A DNA stretch of 64,000 nt from Eledone cirrhosa (taxonomy: Eukaryota): positions 363,878,001 through 363,942,000 of the forward strand of contig OZ024740.1 in the NCBI GenBank assembly GCA_964016885.1, written 5' to 3'. The position numbers and the translations under genes are program-made. Shown piece after piece: positions 12,835-25,884 of this stretch. The number at the start of each line of letters is the position of its first letter. The stretch's first letter is position 1. The notes below the pieces were generated by a model that saw only the letters and a list, made by a program, of their open reading frames with translations, searched no databases and was not told the origin of the DNA.

Positions 12835-13580
12835 CATCATCATCGTTTAACATCTATTTTTCCATGCTTGCACGAGTTAGACAGGTCATCCACGTTATGA
12901 GAAAAATCTGACCTGTTGACTGTGCTTAGCTCAAACATTTTAGCTGGGGTTTTTACAGCTGGATGCACTTCCTAACACCAACTATGTTTATTATGTGGAA
13001 CTAGGCAGTACCCTTATGGTGAGGATCTGGCCAGTTGGCCATGCCATACCCTGCTCACAGCGGAATGTATTTTGGGAGCTGGGTGGTCCCATTAGGAGGG
13101 AGATCTGGCCAGTTAGCAACGCCATGCCTTGCTCAAAGTGAGGCCATATTTAGACTGAATTTTTATGGCTACTGTATGCTCTTCCTACCATTAATCACAT
13201 TTACAGTGTTGAACTGGGTGGCACCATTGTGGGACAAGTCTTGCCAGTTGGTTGCACTGTACCTTGCTTAAATGGGACTGTATTTTGGCTGGGATTTTTA
13301 CAGCTGGACACTCTTCCTAACACCAACTAGGTTTACAGTGTGGAACTGGATGGTCCTGTTATGAGACATGTATGGCTTGATGGCCTCGCCATACCTTGCA
13401 CAAATCAAGACTGTTGGCTGGGTTTTTATGGATAATGGATGCACTTCCTAACACCAACCAAGTTTACAGTGTGAAACTGGGTGGCACTGTTATGATGAAG
13501 GTCTAGCCAGTTGGCCACTCCAAACCCTGCTCACAGTGAAACCGTAAGGTCTGGCCAGTTGGTCATGCCATACTTCACTT
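12835..13580 (-). repeat. Tandemly amplified RTE/SINE 3' UTR segments (~120-bp period)
   Basis: Recurring ttttacagctggatgcacttcctaacaccaac...ttacagtgtggaactgg units. Confidence 0.55.
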
Positions 13581-14054
13581 GATTAACTCTTAATATCATG
13601 TAATAATTTAACAGAAAATATCTAAAGACAGGCTTTTTTTAAATTCAAATGTTTATAGTATCTTCACTTGTGGACATTTGCAGTATTGGAGTAAATACTT
13701 TAATATGTAATGTGCTGCAGTCATAGTTCTGTTTTGTACTTTTCAAGAATGCCTTGCTAATATGGTTTCATGTGGTTTCTTAATTCAAACATTTAAATCA
13801 TTACTACTGGACAGAATGTTGTGAAAATGTTCACGAAACTAAAGAGACCTTAATTTCTAAAGTGATGCAGTTACAATGCTGTTTTGTGTTTTTCAAGAAT
13901 GTTTTAATAATGCAGTTTCATATGGTACTGGATGATAAGAGTTAATAGATAATGCTTGAGACTATGGGGAAGAACTTTATCTATCCATTAATTGTATTTG
14001 AATTATACTTTTTATTGTCATTTTCATTAATCATATTTTTTTCTTCTTGAATAG

Positions 14055-14207
14055 TAAAATCAACTTGTGGTTTTGAAGAAGAAAACTTGTGTCAATTTCT
14101 TATAAAGAAAAGCGGGCAATTTTATTGGAAAGTTCGGGATAAAAAAGCCCCAGCTGTTGATACACAAATTCTTCCAAAGTTAGACCATACTTCTCATTCG
14201 ATAGCAG
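14055..14207 (+). CDS. Multi-MAM protein exon 5
   Basis: KSTCGFEEENLCQF...FYW...PKLDHTSHSIA; AG/GTATG; phase 1-1. Confidence 0.9.
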
Positions 14208-14870
14208 GTATGCATTTATTATTTACTTGTGCATTTATTCTTTTATTCTTTTACTGCTTTCAGTCATCATTAGATTGTGGCCATCCTGGGGCACCACCTT
14301 AAAAACATGTAGCAGTATGTAGTCTCAACCTATGGACTTCTACTATATGGGCCCTTTGATTTTTGGATCTTTCAGATATGGGCTCCCATCATCTGAGAAA
14401 GAGAAAATAACAATTTTATTTTTGTTTTCTTTTTCTCACAAAGGGACATGAAGACATTGACATAGTCACTAGGGTGCTGGATTTGTGATCTGGCAGTTGT
14501 GGGTTCAATTCCTGTTCCAGACAGTGTTTTGTGTTATTGAGCAAGATGTTTCTGTTCACATTGTTTTCATGATAGAACTTGCTTAAAACATCCGAAAAAC
14601 TTATGAGATACAACCACAGGAGGCCATCTGAAATATGTAAGTGTATGATAGAACTAGGCTCAATTCCCATCTTTTCATCCAAGGGTAATGTTGGCAGACA
14701 AAAAAAATCCCTAAGTGGCACTTTTCTTTTCAGAAAATAAATTTTACACTCTTCTTACACGTATCAAGTTCTTATTGGGTTAATGTTTAAATGCTTTAAA
14801 TTCAAAGGTATTTTAAACACTCACTTCAACTGCTACATCGATAATAATTTTCAATTTTTGTTTTTCATAG

Positions 14871-15121
14871 GTCATTATATGTATTTGAGAAATATTCGTA
14901 TACACACTGGTAATGCTTACTTGTATAGTAAAGTCCAAAGGAACACATCTGGATCTTGTGTTAGCTTTTGGTACAACATAGGTGGTTCATCAGATTCTAT
15001 GCGTTTTAGTGTCTTCTCTGTTATTGCTGGCCAATTCATCTTGCGCTGGAGACGTTCAAGCAGAACTAACAAGGAATGGAACCAAGCAGAAATAACAGTG
15101 AAGTCTTCTACACATTGGCAG
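14871..15121 (+). CDS. Multi-MAM protein exon 6
   Basis: GHYMYL...AYLYS...CVSFWYNIGG...RW...EWNQAEITV...WQ; ttcatag/gtaaac; phase 1 to 0. Confidence 0.92.
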
Positions 15122-15456
15122 GTAAACAAACAACTTATGTTAACATCTGGTTGACTTAAGAAGCATTGGGAAAATTTGAAATCTAAAATGTAGTTATTTC
15201 AATGCAGATGACCATAGGAATGTCTGTATAGAGACATACTGTATATACTCATGTATATATGCATACTGTATATATTCTTGTATAAACACATAACATATAT
15301 ACTAATGTATATACACATACTGAATATACTCTTGTGTAGAAACATGCCATGTATATTCATGTATAATTCCATACCATATATATTCATGCAAAGACACATA
15401 CTGTATATACTCATATATACATACATTATATATATATTCATGTAAAAACACATACT

Positions 15457-15681
15457 GTTTGCCAGCAGATCGACCTGCTCATATTGCCATGGATTGGGTA
15501 CCAGAAGGTGGCAGGAGAGAACGGGGAAGACCACGAAAAACATGGTGGGGCACATTCAGGGAGGACCTGCAGGAGATGGCAATTACCTGGAGATGTGCTG
15601 GAAGGGCCGCCAGTGACAGGATCAAGTGGAGGAAGCTCGTCGCCCAATGTTCCACAAGGGACTGGAAGAACTAAGACTAAG
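15457..15681 (+). mobile_element. RTE-clade LINE 3' end (second family)
   Basis: MPADRPAHIAMDWVPEGGRRERGRPRKTW...DRIKWRKLV, followed by a ctaaga tail. Confidence 0.8.
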
Positions 15682-15721
15682 ATATATATTCATGTAAAAT
15701 CACATACTGTATGTACTCATA

Positions 15722-16678
15722 GTGGACACCTTCCGTTACCTGGGTGACAAAATCAGCAGTGGTGGAGAGTCTTCTGAAAGTACAGAACGGGATGGAAAAC
15801 GTTCAGAGAGCTTATACCACTATTGGCCGCTTTAGGGTTCTCTCTAAAAATGAAAGGCAGGCTGTATGATGCCTGCATACGAACAGCAATGTTACATGGC
15901 AGTGAGACCTGGGCATTGTGTGCAGAGGATCTACGCAGACTGGAGAGGAACGAAACTTGCATGCTCTACTGGATGTGTAATAGTAATATATGTGAATGGC
16001 AAAGCATAAACGAACTAAGAGAGAAATTAGAAATAAGAGGGATCAAATGTTGTTTACTCGAGAGAAGACTACATTGGTACGGTCACATGATGCGCATGAA
16101 AGACGACAGCTGTATAAAAAAGTGCAGGGCGATAAAAATAGACGGTAGCCACGGAGTAGGCAGACCCAGAAAAACCTGGCACGACTTGATAAATTCCGAC
16201 CTCACACACTTACACCTCTCCAAGACAATGTCACTGGACCGAGATCTTTGGCGTTACACAGTAACACAGAAGACCCGCCTTGCCTAAGTACAAAGCGAAA
16301 CCTACAGTCAGTAGGCACCTCTAACAAAAATACAACCCCGTCCCACTACCCCCACCCCATCCACACCACCCCTTTCAATGTAAAGTTATGTTGGTACCAC
16401 AACATCCAGTCCTAAATAAATGAGATCGTGTAGGTGTCACGACAAAAAAACACACAGTCCACGCTGTAATGTGGCCGTGTAGGTAACATGGTAAAAGCCT
16501 CCCAGTCCACACTGTAAACGTGGTTGGTGTTAGGAAGGGCATCCAGCTGTAGAAAACCCGCCAGACAGTCCTATACGAGCAAGCCAACCAATCTTGCCTC
16601 AAGTGGGAAAATTCCCGTCCAAACCCATGCAAGCCTGGAAGATGGACGTTAAACGATGATGATGATGATGATGATGAT
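15722..16678 (+). mobile_element. RTE LINE 5'-truncated copy
   Basis: KGRLYDACIRTAMLHGSETW...GRPRKTW, then the 3' UTR and (GAT)n; same family as 55313. Confidence 0.9.
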
Positions 16679-17745
16679 ACATACATGATATATATATACA
16701 TGCAAAGACACATACTGTATATACTCATATATACATACATGATATATATATTCATGTAAAAACACATACTGTATCTACCCGTGTATACATATACAATATA
16801 TTCTCACATATATACACATATCATATATAATCATGTATAGACACATACCATATAATGTATATAGTCCTCTCTAGACACATACTGTATATACCCATAAAAA
16901 GACATACATAGTTTATATACCCATGTATAGACATATATACCCATGTATAGACATACATCATATATACTCATATATAGATGTATAATGTATATACTCATAT
17001 ATAGACACATCTGTATATACTCTTTTATAGACACATACCATATGTACTCATGTATAGACACATACCATATATAGTTATATAAAATGCAAATTTTTCTAAA
17101 CTACATTTTATGTTAAATTAATGATATTATTCTCAAGGAGATGAAATTCACACTACTATCCAAAATACCATATTACAAAATAGAAGTCTGAATGGATTCT
17201 AAATAAATAAATATAAAACAATGAACTGTAGTAATAGTACTACTGATGTTTCTACATATCAAACAAATTTCCTATTACCAAAGCATAAATAAAGTTATGT
17301 AGCTTTTATAAATTTTTCCACGTGTGTACATCAGATCATAATAGTGTAGAATTACATCATACCATTTATGTTCGGGTTAAATGCTATAGGTTAAATAGCC
17401 ACACCAACTTGCAGTTGGCTAAGTGTGGTGATTACAGCTACACCTCTAACATACATGACCAAAACCAATCATAAAGTGGTGGAGATCAACCAGGGAGTGG
17501 TTCCTCCTACAGGAGTGAGAAGGCCCAGGATTGATTGGATTAATTTATGTTCAAGATAATACCTTGATTTACAAATCAAGATATGTGGAAATATTCTAAT
17601 TTTTTGAAAAAATATAGAGTTCGACTTTTACATTGGATTGCCTTTTATACAAATATATAAGTATGTATGGTATATTATTTTCTTAAAATCAATTTGCAAC
17701 ATCATAGAATTTATATTAAAATGTTGATATTTATATTTCATCTAG

Positions 17746-17971
17746 GTAGCATTTTATGGATACATCACTAGATACAACCCATCAAGTTACGTTGTTATTG
17801 ATGATGTTAAAATATCCCATGGTAGTTGTCCAATGGATGGTGATTGTGACTTTGAAAAAGATATGTGCACTTGGTCAAATTCTCAGGAAGATAGTTTTGA
17901 TTGGCTTCTAAAAAAGGCTTCAGAAATACAAATCGGACCAAAAATGGATCATTCTGAGCACAATACAAACG
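17746..17971 (+). CDS. Multi-MAM protein exon 7 (end of one MAM, start of the next); absent from the ORF track
   Basis: VAFYG...VVIDDVKISHGSCPMDGDCDFEKDMCTWSNSQEDSFDWL...GPKMDHS; tctag/gttag; phase 0 to 1. Confidence 0.92.
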
Positions 17972-18261
17972 GTTAGCAACTTTTCTTATGGTTTAATAAC
18001 CCTTTTCATGCCAACATACCCACAATTACCTTTGGTTCTAGGAAAGAAAACCATGCTGGGTTCCTATATCTTCTGTCAACCTGTTAGGAGGGCCAATAAT
18101 GGGCAAAGAGCTGACAGTGTACACCTTTGAACCCTATGTATTCTCAATTCTCCTTTTAACACAATTATAATTATAGAATTAAAAATGACTGCCCTATAAA
18201 ATGGAACCTCCACAAATAATAATGAATAATGAATAATGAAAATATTGTGTACAGTGCTCAG

Positions 18262-19247
18262 GTGCAACACAACTCATCAAAAGTGTATGTATAGTACATA
18301 GGGTAATGTACAAACGTCAGGAAAATGAACAGTGCATGAGTCATGATATACACATGTGTGCATGTGTATGGAAGGGGGACATCAGGTGTAGTTTTGGCGT
18401 ATTTCGGGAAGAATGAGGGTTTTAAAGGATGCAGTGTCTCGGCAGCTAACAACTGACGCAGGCAGTTTGTTCCATGCTTCAGCAACTCTAAGCGTGAAAA
18501 AATTTCTTCCGAAAATCATGGGAGCTGTGCTGTTTTCTGACTTTGTAGGCATGTCCACGTGTGTTAGACACGTGGAGATCAAAAAGGTGCTCAGGGTTGT
18601 TGTTGGCGAGATGGTTAATAACCCTGTAGGTATTTACCAAGTCCATTGCCAGACGTCGGAGCTTCAATGAATCCATGCCCAGGGAAGCAAGACGTTCAGA
18701 GTATGGTAGGTGTCTGATGGAGGGTATGCACTTGGTTGCACGTCTCTGAACAGTTTCCAGGAGGTCAATGTTCTGAGCAAGATAGGGGTTCCAGACTGAT
18801 GATGCAAATTCCAAGTGTGGTCGTACCATAGCTGTATACAGCTTTAAATAGATGGCTGGAGAGCGGCTAGCAAAGGTCTTGCTGAGTGATGCCAAGACAC
18901 CCTCGGCCTTCTTGACAATTTTAGAGATGTGCTTTGTCCAACACAAATCGCTGCTGACTGTAATGCCCAGGTCACGTTCACAAGAGGATTTCTTGATATC
19001 AGTGTTGTGGAAGGAGTATGTGGACGCTGGATTTTTCCTCCCAAAATGCATGGTAGTACACTTGTCCATAGCCAGCTTCAGTTGCCAGTCTGTGATCCAT
19101 TGCTGCATTGTGTCCAGCTCTGATTGTAGGAAAGAGTTATAGATTTCAAGGTACAGCTTGATGTCATCTGCATATTTCAGTACTATGGTATTCTTTAAGT
19201 TGGCATCTATGTCATTAATGTATGCAACAAACAAAAGGGGACCAGAT
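18262..19247 (-). mobile_element. CR1-like LINE, 5'-truncated (RT C-terminal half)
   Basis: GPLLFVAYINDI...YADDIKL...ERDLGI...VRPHLEFASSVWNP...QRRATK...TRGH...WNKLP. Confidence 0.9.
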
Positions 19248-21133
19248 GACATCTCATATGTATGTATGGTATATTATATAACAATATATATGTGCGTGTA
19301 TTTGTGTGTGTGTGTTTGTGAATGCGTGTCTTTGTGTATGTATGTATATGTGTATATGAATGCCTAAATGTATGATTGTGTGTGTGTATATAAAGATGTA
19401 TATTCTTTTATCTATTTTCTTAAATATTATCTTATCTATTTTTTATCTACCTAAATGCTATCCCTTCCATGTGACCTGCTTACTCATCTATTTATAAAAA
19501 TCCTGATTCAATGCATCCGAGGATAGACAGCAGAGCAAATGTGTTTAATTTAGCCTGATGTTATGGAGTTGCATAACTCTTATCTATTAGTTTACACATT
19601 TATAATTTGGCTCCCTGAAACCACCATAAAACAATGAAGTAATTAACTACTTCACCTTAATTTTTCTTATTCTTTCATTGTTTATGACTATATAATATAA
19701 TTTCATATTTACGTAATTGTTGTAATTATTTAGCTATAAATTTTTCCTGAAAAGTGTCAATTATTAGTTCTTGATTTTATCAGCCTAGATAATAATAGTT
19801 GATTTAACCCGTTGACTATGCTACATGTGAAGAGACCAAAACCACATGGAGTTGAGTGGATTCTTGATCCCTGTCTAATCCCTAACAAACTTTCTAGTGT
19901 TGGTGCCATGATAGAATACATCCAGTATACTCTGTGATTTGCTCCAAACTCTTAAACTGTATAATTGCAGCTGGTGATCAGACAGACGCAAAACAAAAGG
20001 GGGTCTAGTGCTTGTGCCATGATAAAATACATTCAGTACACTCTGTAAAGTGGTAGTGTTTGTTCCACAACAAAACACACCCAGTACACTCTGCAAAGGG
20101 GTTGTACTGGTGAATCTATAAAAAGCACTTGATACACCTTGTAAAGCAGTTGGCATTAGAAAGGACATCCAGCCATAGAAACCATGCCAAATATGGAACA
20201 TATGAGCAAGAGGAGGTTTTACCAACCTATATGTTCTCAAACCATGACAACCCATCTAGCCTATGCCAACATGAAAGGCAGAAACAAAAATGATGATGAT
20301 GACTGTCTTCCAGTTAACATATTTTTACATATTTGAGGTTGCTATATTTTTACTTATTTTCATGTTCTTTAGCTTGAATTGAATTCACAAATGTAACATG
20401 AATACAACAGTCTTCAACCATTTCCAAATGGGTTCCATCATCACATTAAACTTTCAGTCATGAAATAGATTAGTAGTTCTCTTTCTCTTTTATATTGTTA
20501 TTAAAAATGTTCTTCATAATCATTATCATTTTACATTGGCTTCCCATGCTTGCATGGGTTGTCTTGTTCTGAGACTAGACAAGTCAGAATTTCTCATCCT
20601 GCACAAACCTTCCACATTTGGCCTGGTTTCTAGAGCTGGATGTACTGGGGACTGCTTTACAGATTGTACTGGCTGCATGTTACTTTGTCACCAGCACTAC
20701 TGCCTAACAGCTTGGATTGAGTGTATTTTATTATGGCACCTCAACTACCACTTTACAAAGAGAACTAGCTGCATTTCATCATGAGACCAGCACTATCACC
20801 TAACAGTGTGGACCATGTGCATTTTATCTTGACACCAACACTACCACCTTACAGTATGGACTGGATGCATTTTATCATGACACAACTAAAACTTTACAGG
20901 GTGTACTGGGTACATTTTATCATGATACCAGAAATGGGAAGGTTATTGGTTGCTAACTTGACGAAAGAGTTCTCTCTTACTCTATCATATGGTGAGAAAT
21001 GATACCTTGTGTTGTGTATATGTGTTATGTGTATAAGTGTGTATGTGTGTTTATGTATGTATATGTTTTTATGTGTGTATGTATATTATCTTCAGCTCTA
21101 TTTTTTATTGTTTTCCTTTTATTTTCTCCAAAG

Positions 21134-21268
21134 GTCACTATGTGTATATATCTACCAAATGGCCAACTCAACCAAGAGAAACAGCTGTCCTTGTCAGTGA
21201 TCCAATAGCACCAAGTCCACATCGACGTTGTCTAACTTTCTGGTATTTCATTAAAGGATATTCAGTTG
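21134..21268 (+). CDS. Multi-MAM protein exon 8
   Basis: GHYVYISTKWP...AVLVSDPI...RCLTFWYFIKGYSV; AG/GTAAG; phase 1-1. Confidence 0.92.
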
Positions 21269-21820
21269 GTAAGGAATCTTTCTTTTAATACCAAAGTACC
21301 TCACACTGCCCCATGTTTTACAATACAAAACTATTTAAAATTTAATATTCATTTTTTATCTAAAAAAAAAAAAGCCTCCCATCATAATTATGTGTAAGAA
21401 CTTTTGCAAATAATTTTCAAAACACCAAATTAATAATTCTTGATTATTTTTATCCCCTATGTTAATGGGACAAAATTTTGCCAGCTCTGTAATTTGGAAA
21501 AGTGGAATATACTCTCGCAACTGGCTTCAGAGAAACACTTATCTCAACTCCTTTAGTCGCTGCCCATACAAAGAAAATTCATTCTGAGAAAAGATTGTAT
21601 AGACCAGATTAACTTTGCATAAGTTACACACTTTTGTAGTTTTTTATAGTTACCTCACTTCACATTATCTAACAGATTAGCTGCACTTGTAGAACTCTCC
21701 TGTATTTTCATAAAACTCTGGGGAGGTAGCAATTTTTATTTTATATAACAAACTGAATGAGTTGAGGTGTATAACCCAACAAAACTTAAGTACCTGTATA
21801 TGCAACTGTTGTAACTAATG

Positions 21821-21849
<29 letters not shown>

Positions 21850-21855
<6 letters not shown>

Positions 21856-24800
21856 TATTGAAGTTTCCGTTGAAAATTGAAAAAGTCATAGGAGTGAAGA
21901 GTGCTCTATGTAAGTACCAGAGCTAAATATAATGTATAATAAACAATACAATATAATTACCTCATTACCAGAGGTTTCCCGAATAAGATGAATACGAGAA
22001 ACGTCCTCATTCGTTCATCGGACAAGACAATTTAAAACATAGTGAACTATTTGGAAAGTCTCCTCAAGAAAGGCAAGAGTTTAATGGGCAAAAAAAATAA
22101 AGCAAGAGATATATAAAAATAAGGAAATATAGTTAGGGTATGTGTATATATTCACTCACAAATGTACATATGTGTGTATGTAGAAATGCATGTGTATAGT
22201 GAAAATGTGTGTGTGCGTAAGTATGTATATGAGGGCAAGCATAATAGTGTATGTGTGACCATTACGTATATAATATAAGTTGAAAAATAATGTACATACA
22301 GATTTAGGTATTAAATATATACACATACAAGTATGAAAGCACGCGTATAAACACACACGCGTGATCATTTATATGCGGAAGATAAAAAGGGAAGGGAGTG
22401 TATTAGTCAAAAAGAGTGTCATATTCGATACATATAAAAATGAAACAATATATGAGAAAGAAAAAAATGTTGTTTAAATCAAAGAGAAAGTAAGGGGGAG
22501 GGGTTATCAATTATAAATTAACACTAGAGAAAAAGAAAACAAACATAGGTTCGCACGTACGCACATATACATATAAAAATATATATATATGAATACGTAC
22601 AGGCAAAAGCGCATGCATACGTACATACATACACACGAAGCAGACATATATATATACATATATCGGCGCACGTACGTACGCGACTATAAGTATACATATA
22701 TGCATACACACACATACATACATATACATATATATATACACATACTTATACACATACGTTCACCCACATACACACACTCGTATAAATATAGATATAAAAA
22801 CACACATGCTCACACATATAGACACACACGAGCACACATACGTAAGCGCATGCACACTCACACGCATAGATACAAATTATAGACCAGCCATATGAAAGAA
22901 AGAAATACAAATATAAAAGTGGCTGCGAAACAACAGGATATATCTGGAGTTGAAAACGCAAGTGACAAGTGATATCAGGTAGTGAAAGAAAATGGGGAAG
23001 TAAAGTGTGGAATGTGAAGATATTAGGTAAGTGAATCAAAAAGTAGGGAGGGGGGGGGGTCACTGGTGGATGTGAAGTGAAAATAAAAATGAAAATAAAG
23101 TTAAAAATGAAAGTAAATCAGAAAGAGAAGTCTGGAAAGAGGATAATTTAAGGAAAGTGAAGAACAAGAGTTTATGGAGGATAAGTATCTGAAAGTGAGT
23201 TAAGTTTATATGAGCTGGAAAGCAAGTGTGATTTCATGTGTGGGCAACTGGTGAAAATTTCTGTTTTTGTATTTAGGCAGGTTTTAGCTACTCCTACTAT
23301 TAGCTACTCCTGCGGTCCCCCTATTAAATCTTATATCATCAATAAGAAAACACCCAGAGAACATCAAAATTGCTCCTGTGGATTCAAAAATGAATGCCCA
23401 TTACAAGTTAAATGCAACACCAAAGCCATTGTATATGCGGCTAAAGTGACAGCCATCAGCAACAACCTACCAGCCACCAGCGAACGATATGTGGGTATGA
23501 CACAAGACAAATTCAAAACGCGTCATTACTCACATGTCGCATCTTTCCGACATCCATAAAAAAGATTTACAACAGCTCTGGCTAGCAGAATATGGGATTT
23601 GAAAGACCAAGGTATCCAATATAAATTGGATTGGTCAATTTTGAACCAATCTAAAGAATATGCAAGAGGAACAAGAAGATGCACACTCTGCATAAGTGAA
23701 AAATATTGGATTTTACAGAACCTTAAATCACCAAAAACCTGCCTAAATACAAAAACAGAAATGTTCACCAGTTGCCCACACATGAAATCACACTTGCTTT
23801 CCATCTCATATAAACTTAACTCACTTTCAGACTCATCCTCCATAAACTCTTGTTCTTCACTTTCCTTAAATTATCCTCTTTACAGACTTCTCTTTCTGAT
23901 TTATTTTCATTTTTAACTTTATTTTCATTTTTATTTTTATTTTCACTTCACATCCACCAGTGACTCCCCCCCCCCCCTCCCCTCCCTACTTTTTGATTCA
24001 CTTACCTAATATCTTCACATTCCACACTTTACTTCCCCATTTTCTTTCACTACCTGATATCACTTGTCACTTGCGTTTTCAACTCCAGATATATCCTGTT
24101 GTTTCGCAGCCGCTTTTATATTTGTATTTCTTTCTTTCATATGGCTGGTCTATAATTTGTATCTATGCGTGTGAGTGTGCATGCGCTTACGTATGTGTGC
24201 TCGTGTGTGTCTATATGTGTGAGCATGTGTGTTTTTATATCTATATTTATACGAGTGTGTGTATGTGGGTGAACGTATGTGTATAAGTATGTGTATATAT
24301 ATATGTATATGTATGTATGTGTGTGTATGCATATATGTATACTTATAGTCGCGTACGTACGTGCGCCGATATATGTATATATATATGTCTGCTTCGTGTG
24401 TATGTATGTACGTATGCATGCGCTTTTGCCTGTACGTATTCATATATATATATTTTTATATGTATATGTGCGTACGTGCGAACCTATGTTTGTTTTCTTT
24501 TTCTCTAGTGTTAATTTATAATTGATAACCCCTCCCCCTTACTTTCTCTTTGATTTAAACAACATTTTTTTCTTTCTCATATATTGTTTCATTTTTATAT
24601 GTATCGAATATGACACTCTTTTTGACTAATACACTCCCTTCCCTTTTTATCTTCCGCATATAAATGATCACGCGTGTGTGTTTATACGCGTGCTTTCATA
24701 CTTGTATGTGTATATATTTAATACCTAAATCTGTATGTACATTATTTTTCAACTTATATTATATACGTAATGGTCACACATACACTATTATGCTTGCCCT

Positions 24801-25004
24801 CATATACATACTTACGCACACACACATTTTCACTATACACATGCATTTCTACATACACACATATGTACATTTGTGAGTGAATATATACACATACCCTAAC
24901 TATATTTCCTTATTTTTATATATCTCTTGCTTTATTTTTTTTGCCCATTAAACTCTTGCCTTTCTTGAGGAGACTTTCCAAATAGTTCACTATGTTTTAA
25001 ATTG
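21850..25004 (+). mobile_element. 5'-truncated Penelope-like element (Naiad-type GIY-YIG end) with inverted upstream copy
   Basis: 23290-23820 encodes NCSCG..ECPL..KC...IVYAAKV...YVGMT...FKTR...H and WSIL...CTLCISEK...CPH, with one TAA at 23557. 22028-23285 is an inverted copy of 23734-25004. Confidence 0.88.
21950..22027 (-). ncRNA. Hammerhead-like motif with long stem II at the end of the PLE inverted arm (variant or decayed core)
   Basis: Minus strand CCGATGA-A-CGAATGAG...CTTATTCG-G-GAAA-CCTC tggtaat GAGG-TA. Stem I is weak. Confidence 0.55.
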
Positions 25005-25019
25005 CCTAAATAGAATAAT

Positions 25020-25418
25020 TCGGTTTCCTAAATAGAATATTAGTCTACGACTTCATTTATACCATAAACAAGGTTTTGTCTTTGCATGTAATTGTTCTTA
25101 GCGCTCCACATAACGACGTATTATCTTCGTTTTATTCCGTTCATTGCCAGGGAACATCTTCATGAACCAAAGTATCGTCTTCTTGTTTTCCTTCGGTTGT
25201 AACGTTTTTCAAAATATTTACTTCTGCGTTCTCAGATTGATTTTTTTAGTTTCAGAAGATCCCGTTAAGGGTGAAAGTAGCGATTCTTTGCTTAAACTTT
25301 AATCTGTTATTTTAATAAATATTTGCTCTAGGGTTCTTATATATTTGATATATATTTATCGAATATATTTATCAAACCCTCTTTGGATTTTAGTCTTCAA
25401 ATTTATTATTATTACTAT
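25020..25418 (-). mobile_element. Non-autonomous Helitron-like repeat fragment
   Basis: Shares sequence with 53685-53760 and 54270-54930, where a Helitron-type 3' end (CCC.AGCAACGCCGGG hairpin then ..ATAGT, resembling CTAG-T) lies at ~54776-54804. Confidence 0.45.
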
Positions 25419-25464
25419 ATATATATCATACAGCATGTATTCATTTTCTACTAGCATTACAAGG

Positions 25465-25549
25465 GGTCTGACGAGCCGCAGATTACTGAGTCGGGTAAGA
25501 TCGATACAGATCGAACCTTGAACTGATCAGTGGCGAAACGCGCGTCACC
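25465..25549 (+). ncRNA. Type I hammerhead ribozyme with intact core and ~60-nt structured stem II
   Basis: GGT-CTGACGA-GCCGC...GTGGC-GAAA-C GCGC G-TC-ACC. All core nucleotides are canonical, with a GUC triplet at 25544-46 and a palindromic GCGC loop III. It sits in a ~280-bp (TA)n-flanked unit (25425-25705). Confidence 0.85.
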
Positions 25550-25884
25550 AACCAATAAATGTAATGAGGAGTAACCAATCGTCCTTGTTATCTTTTCACT
25601 ACAATACACTCCGTCTAGCTCTACACCTCGACACCGAAGTGAACCTAAACATCGAGTGCTCACCCAGGTGAACCTACAGTAACTTCAAGTTACACTCACT
25701 GGATATATATATATATATATATGGAAGAAATAAATTAGTTTAATGCTTGAAATAGCAGGAAGATAGTCTTAATATTTCAGACACTAGTCCTTCATCGAAG
25801 GATAGAGTTAGAAATAGAAGATAAATAGAAAGTAAAGAGTGATAAGAGGAAAGAATGGGGAAAAACTGGGATTTCTTGGCACTT

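Larger units (their letters stand above)
15200..17070. repeat. ~27-bp minisatellite (catactgtatatactcatgtatagaca-like) interrupted by two LINE fragments
   Basis: Repeat units at 15200-15456 and 16680-17070; explains the Tyr/Ile/Met-rich ORFs there. Confidence 0.7.
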
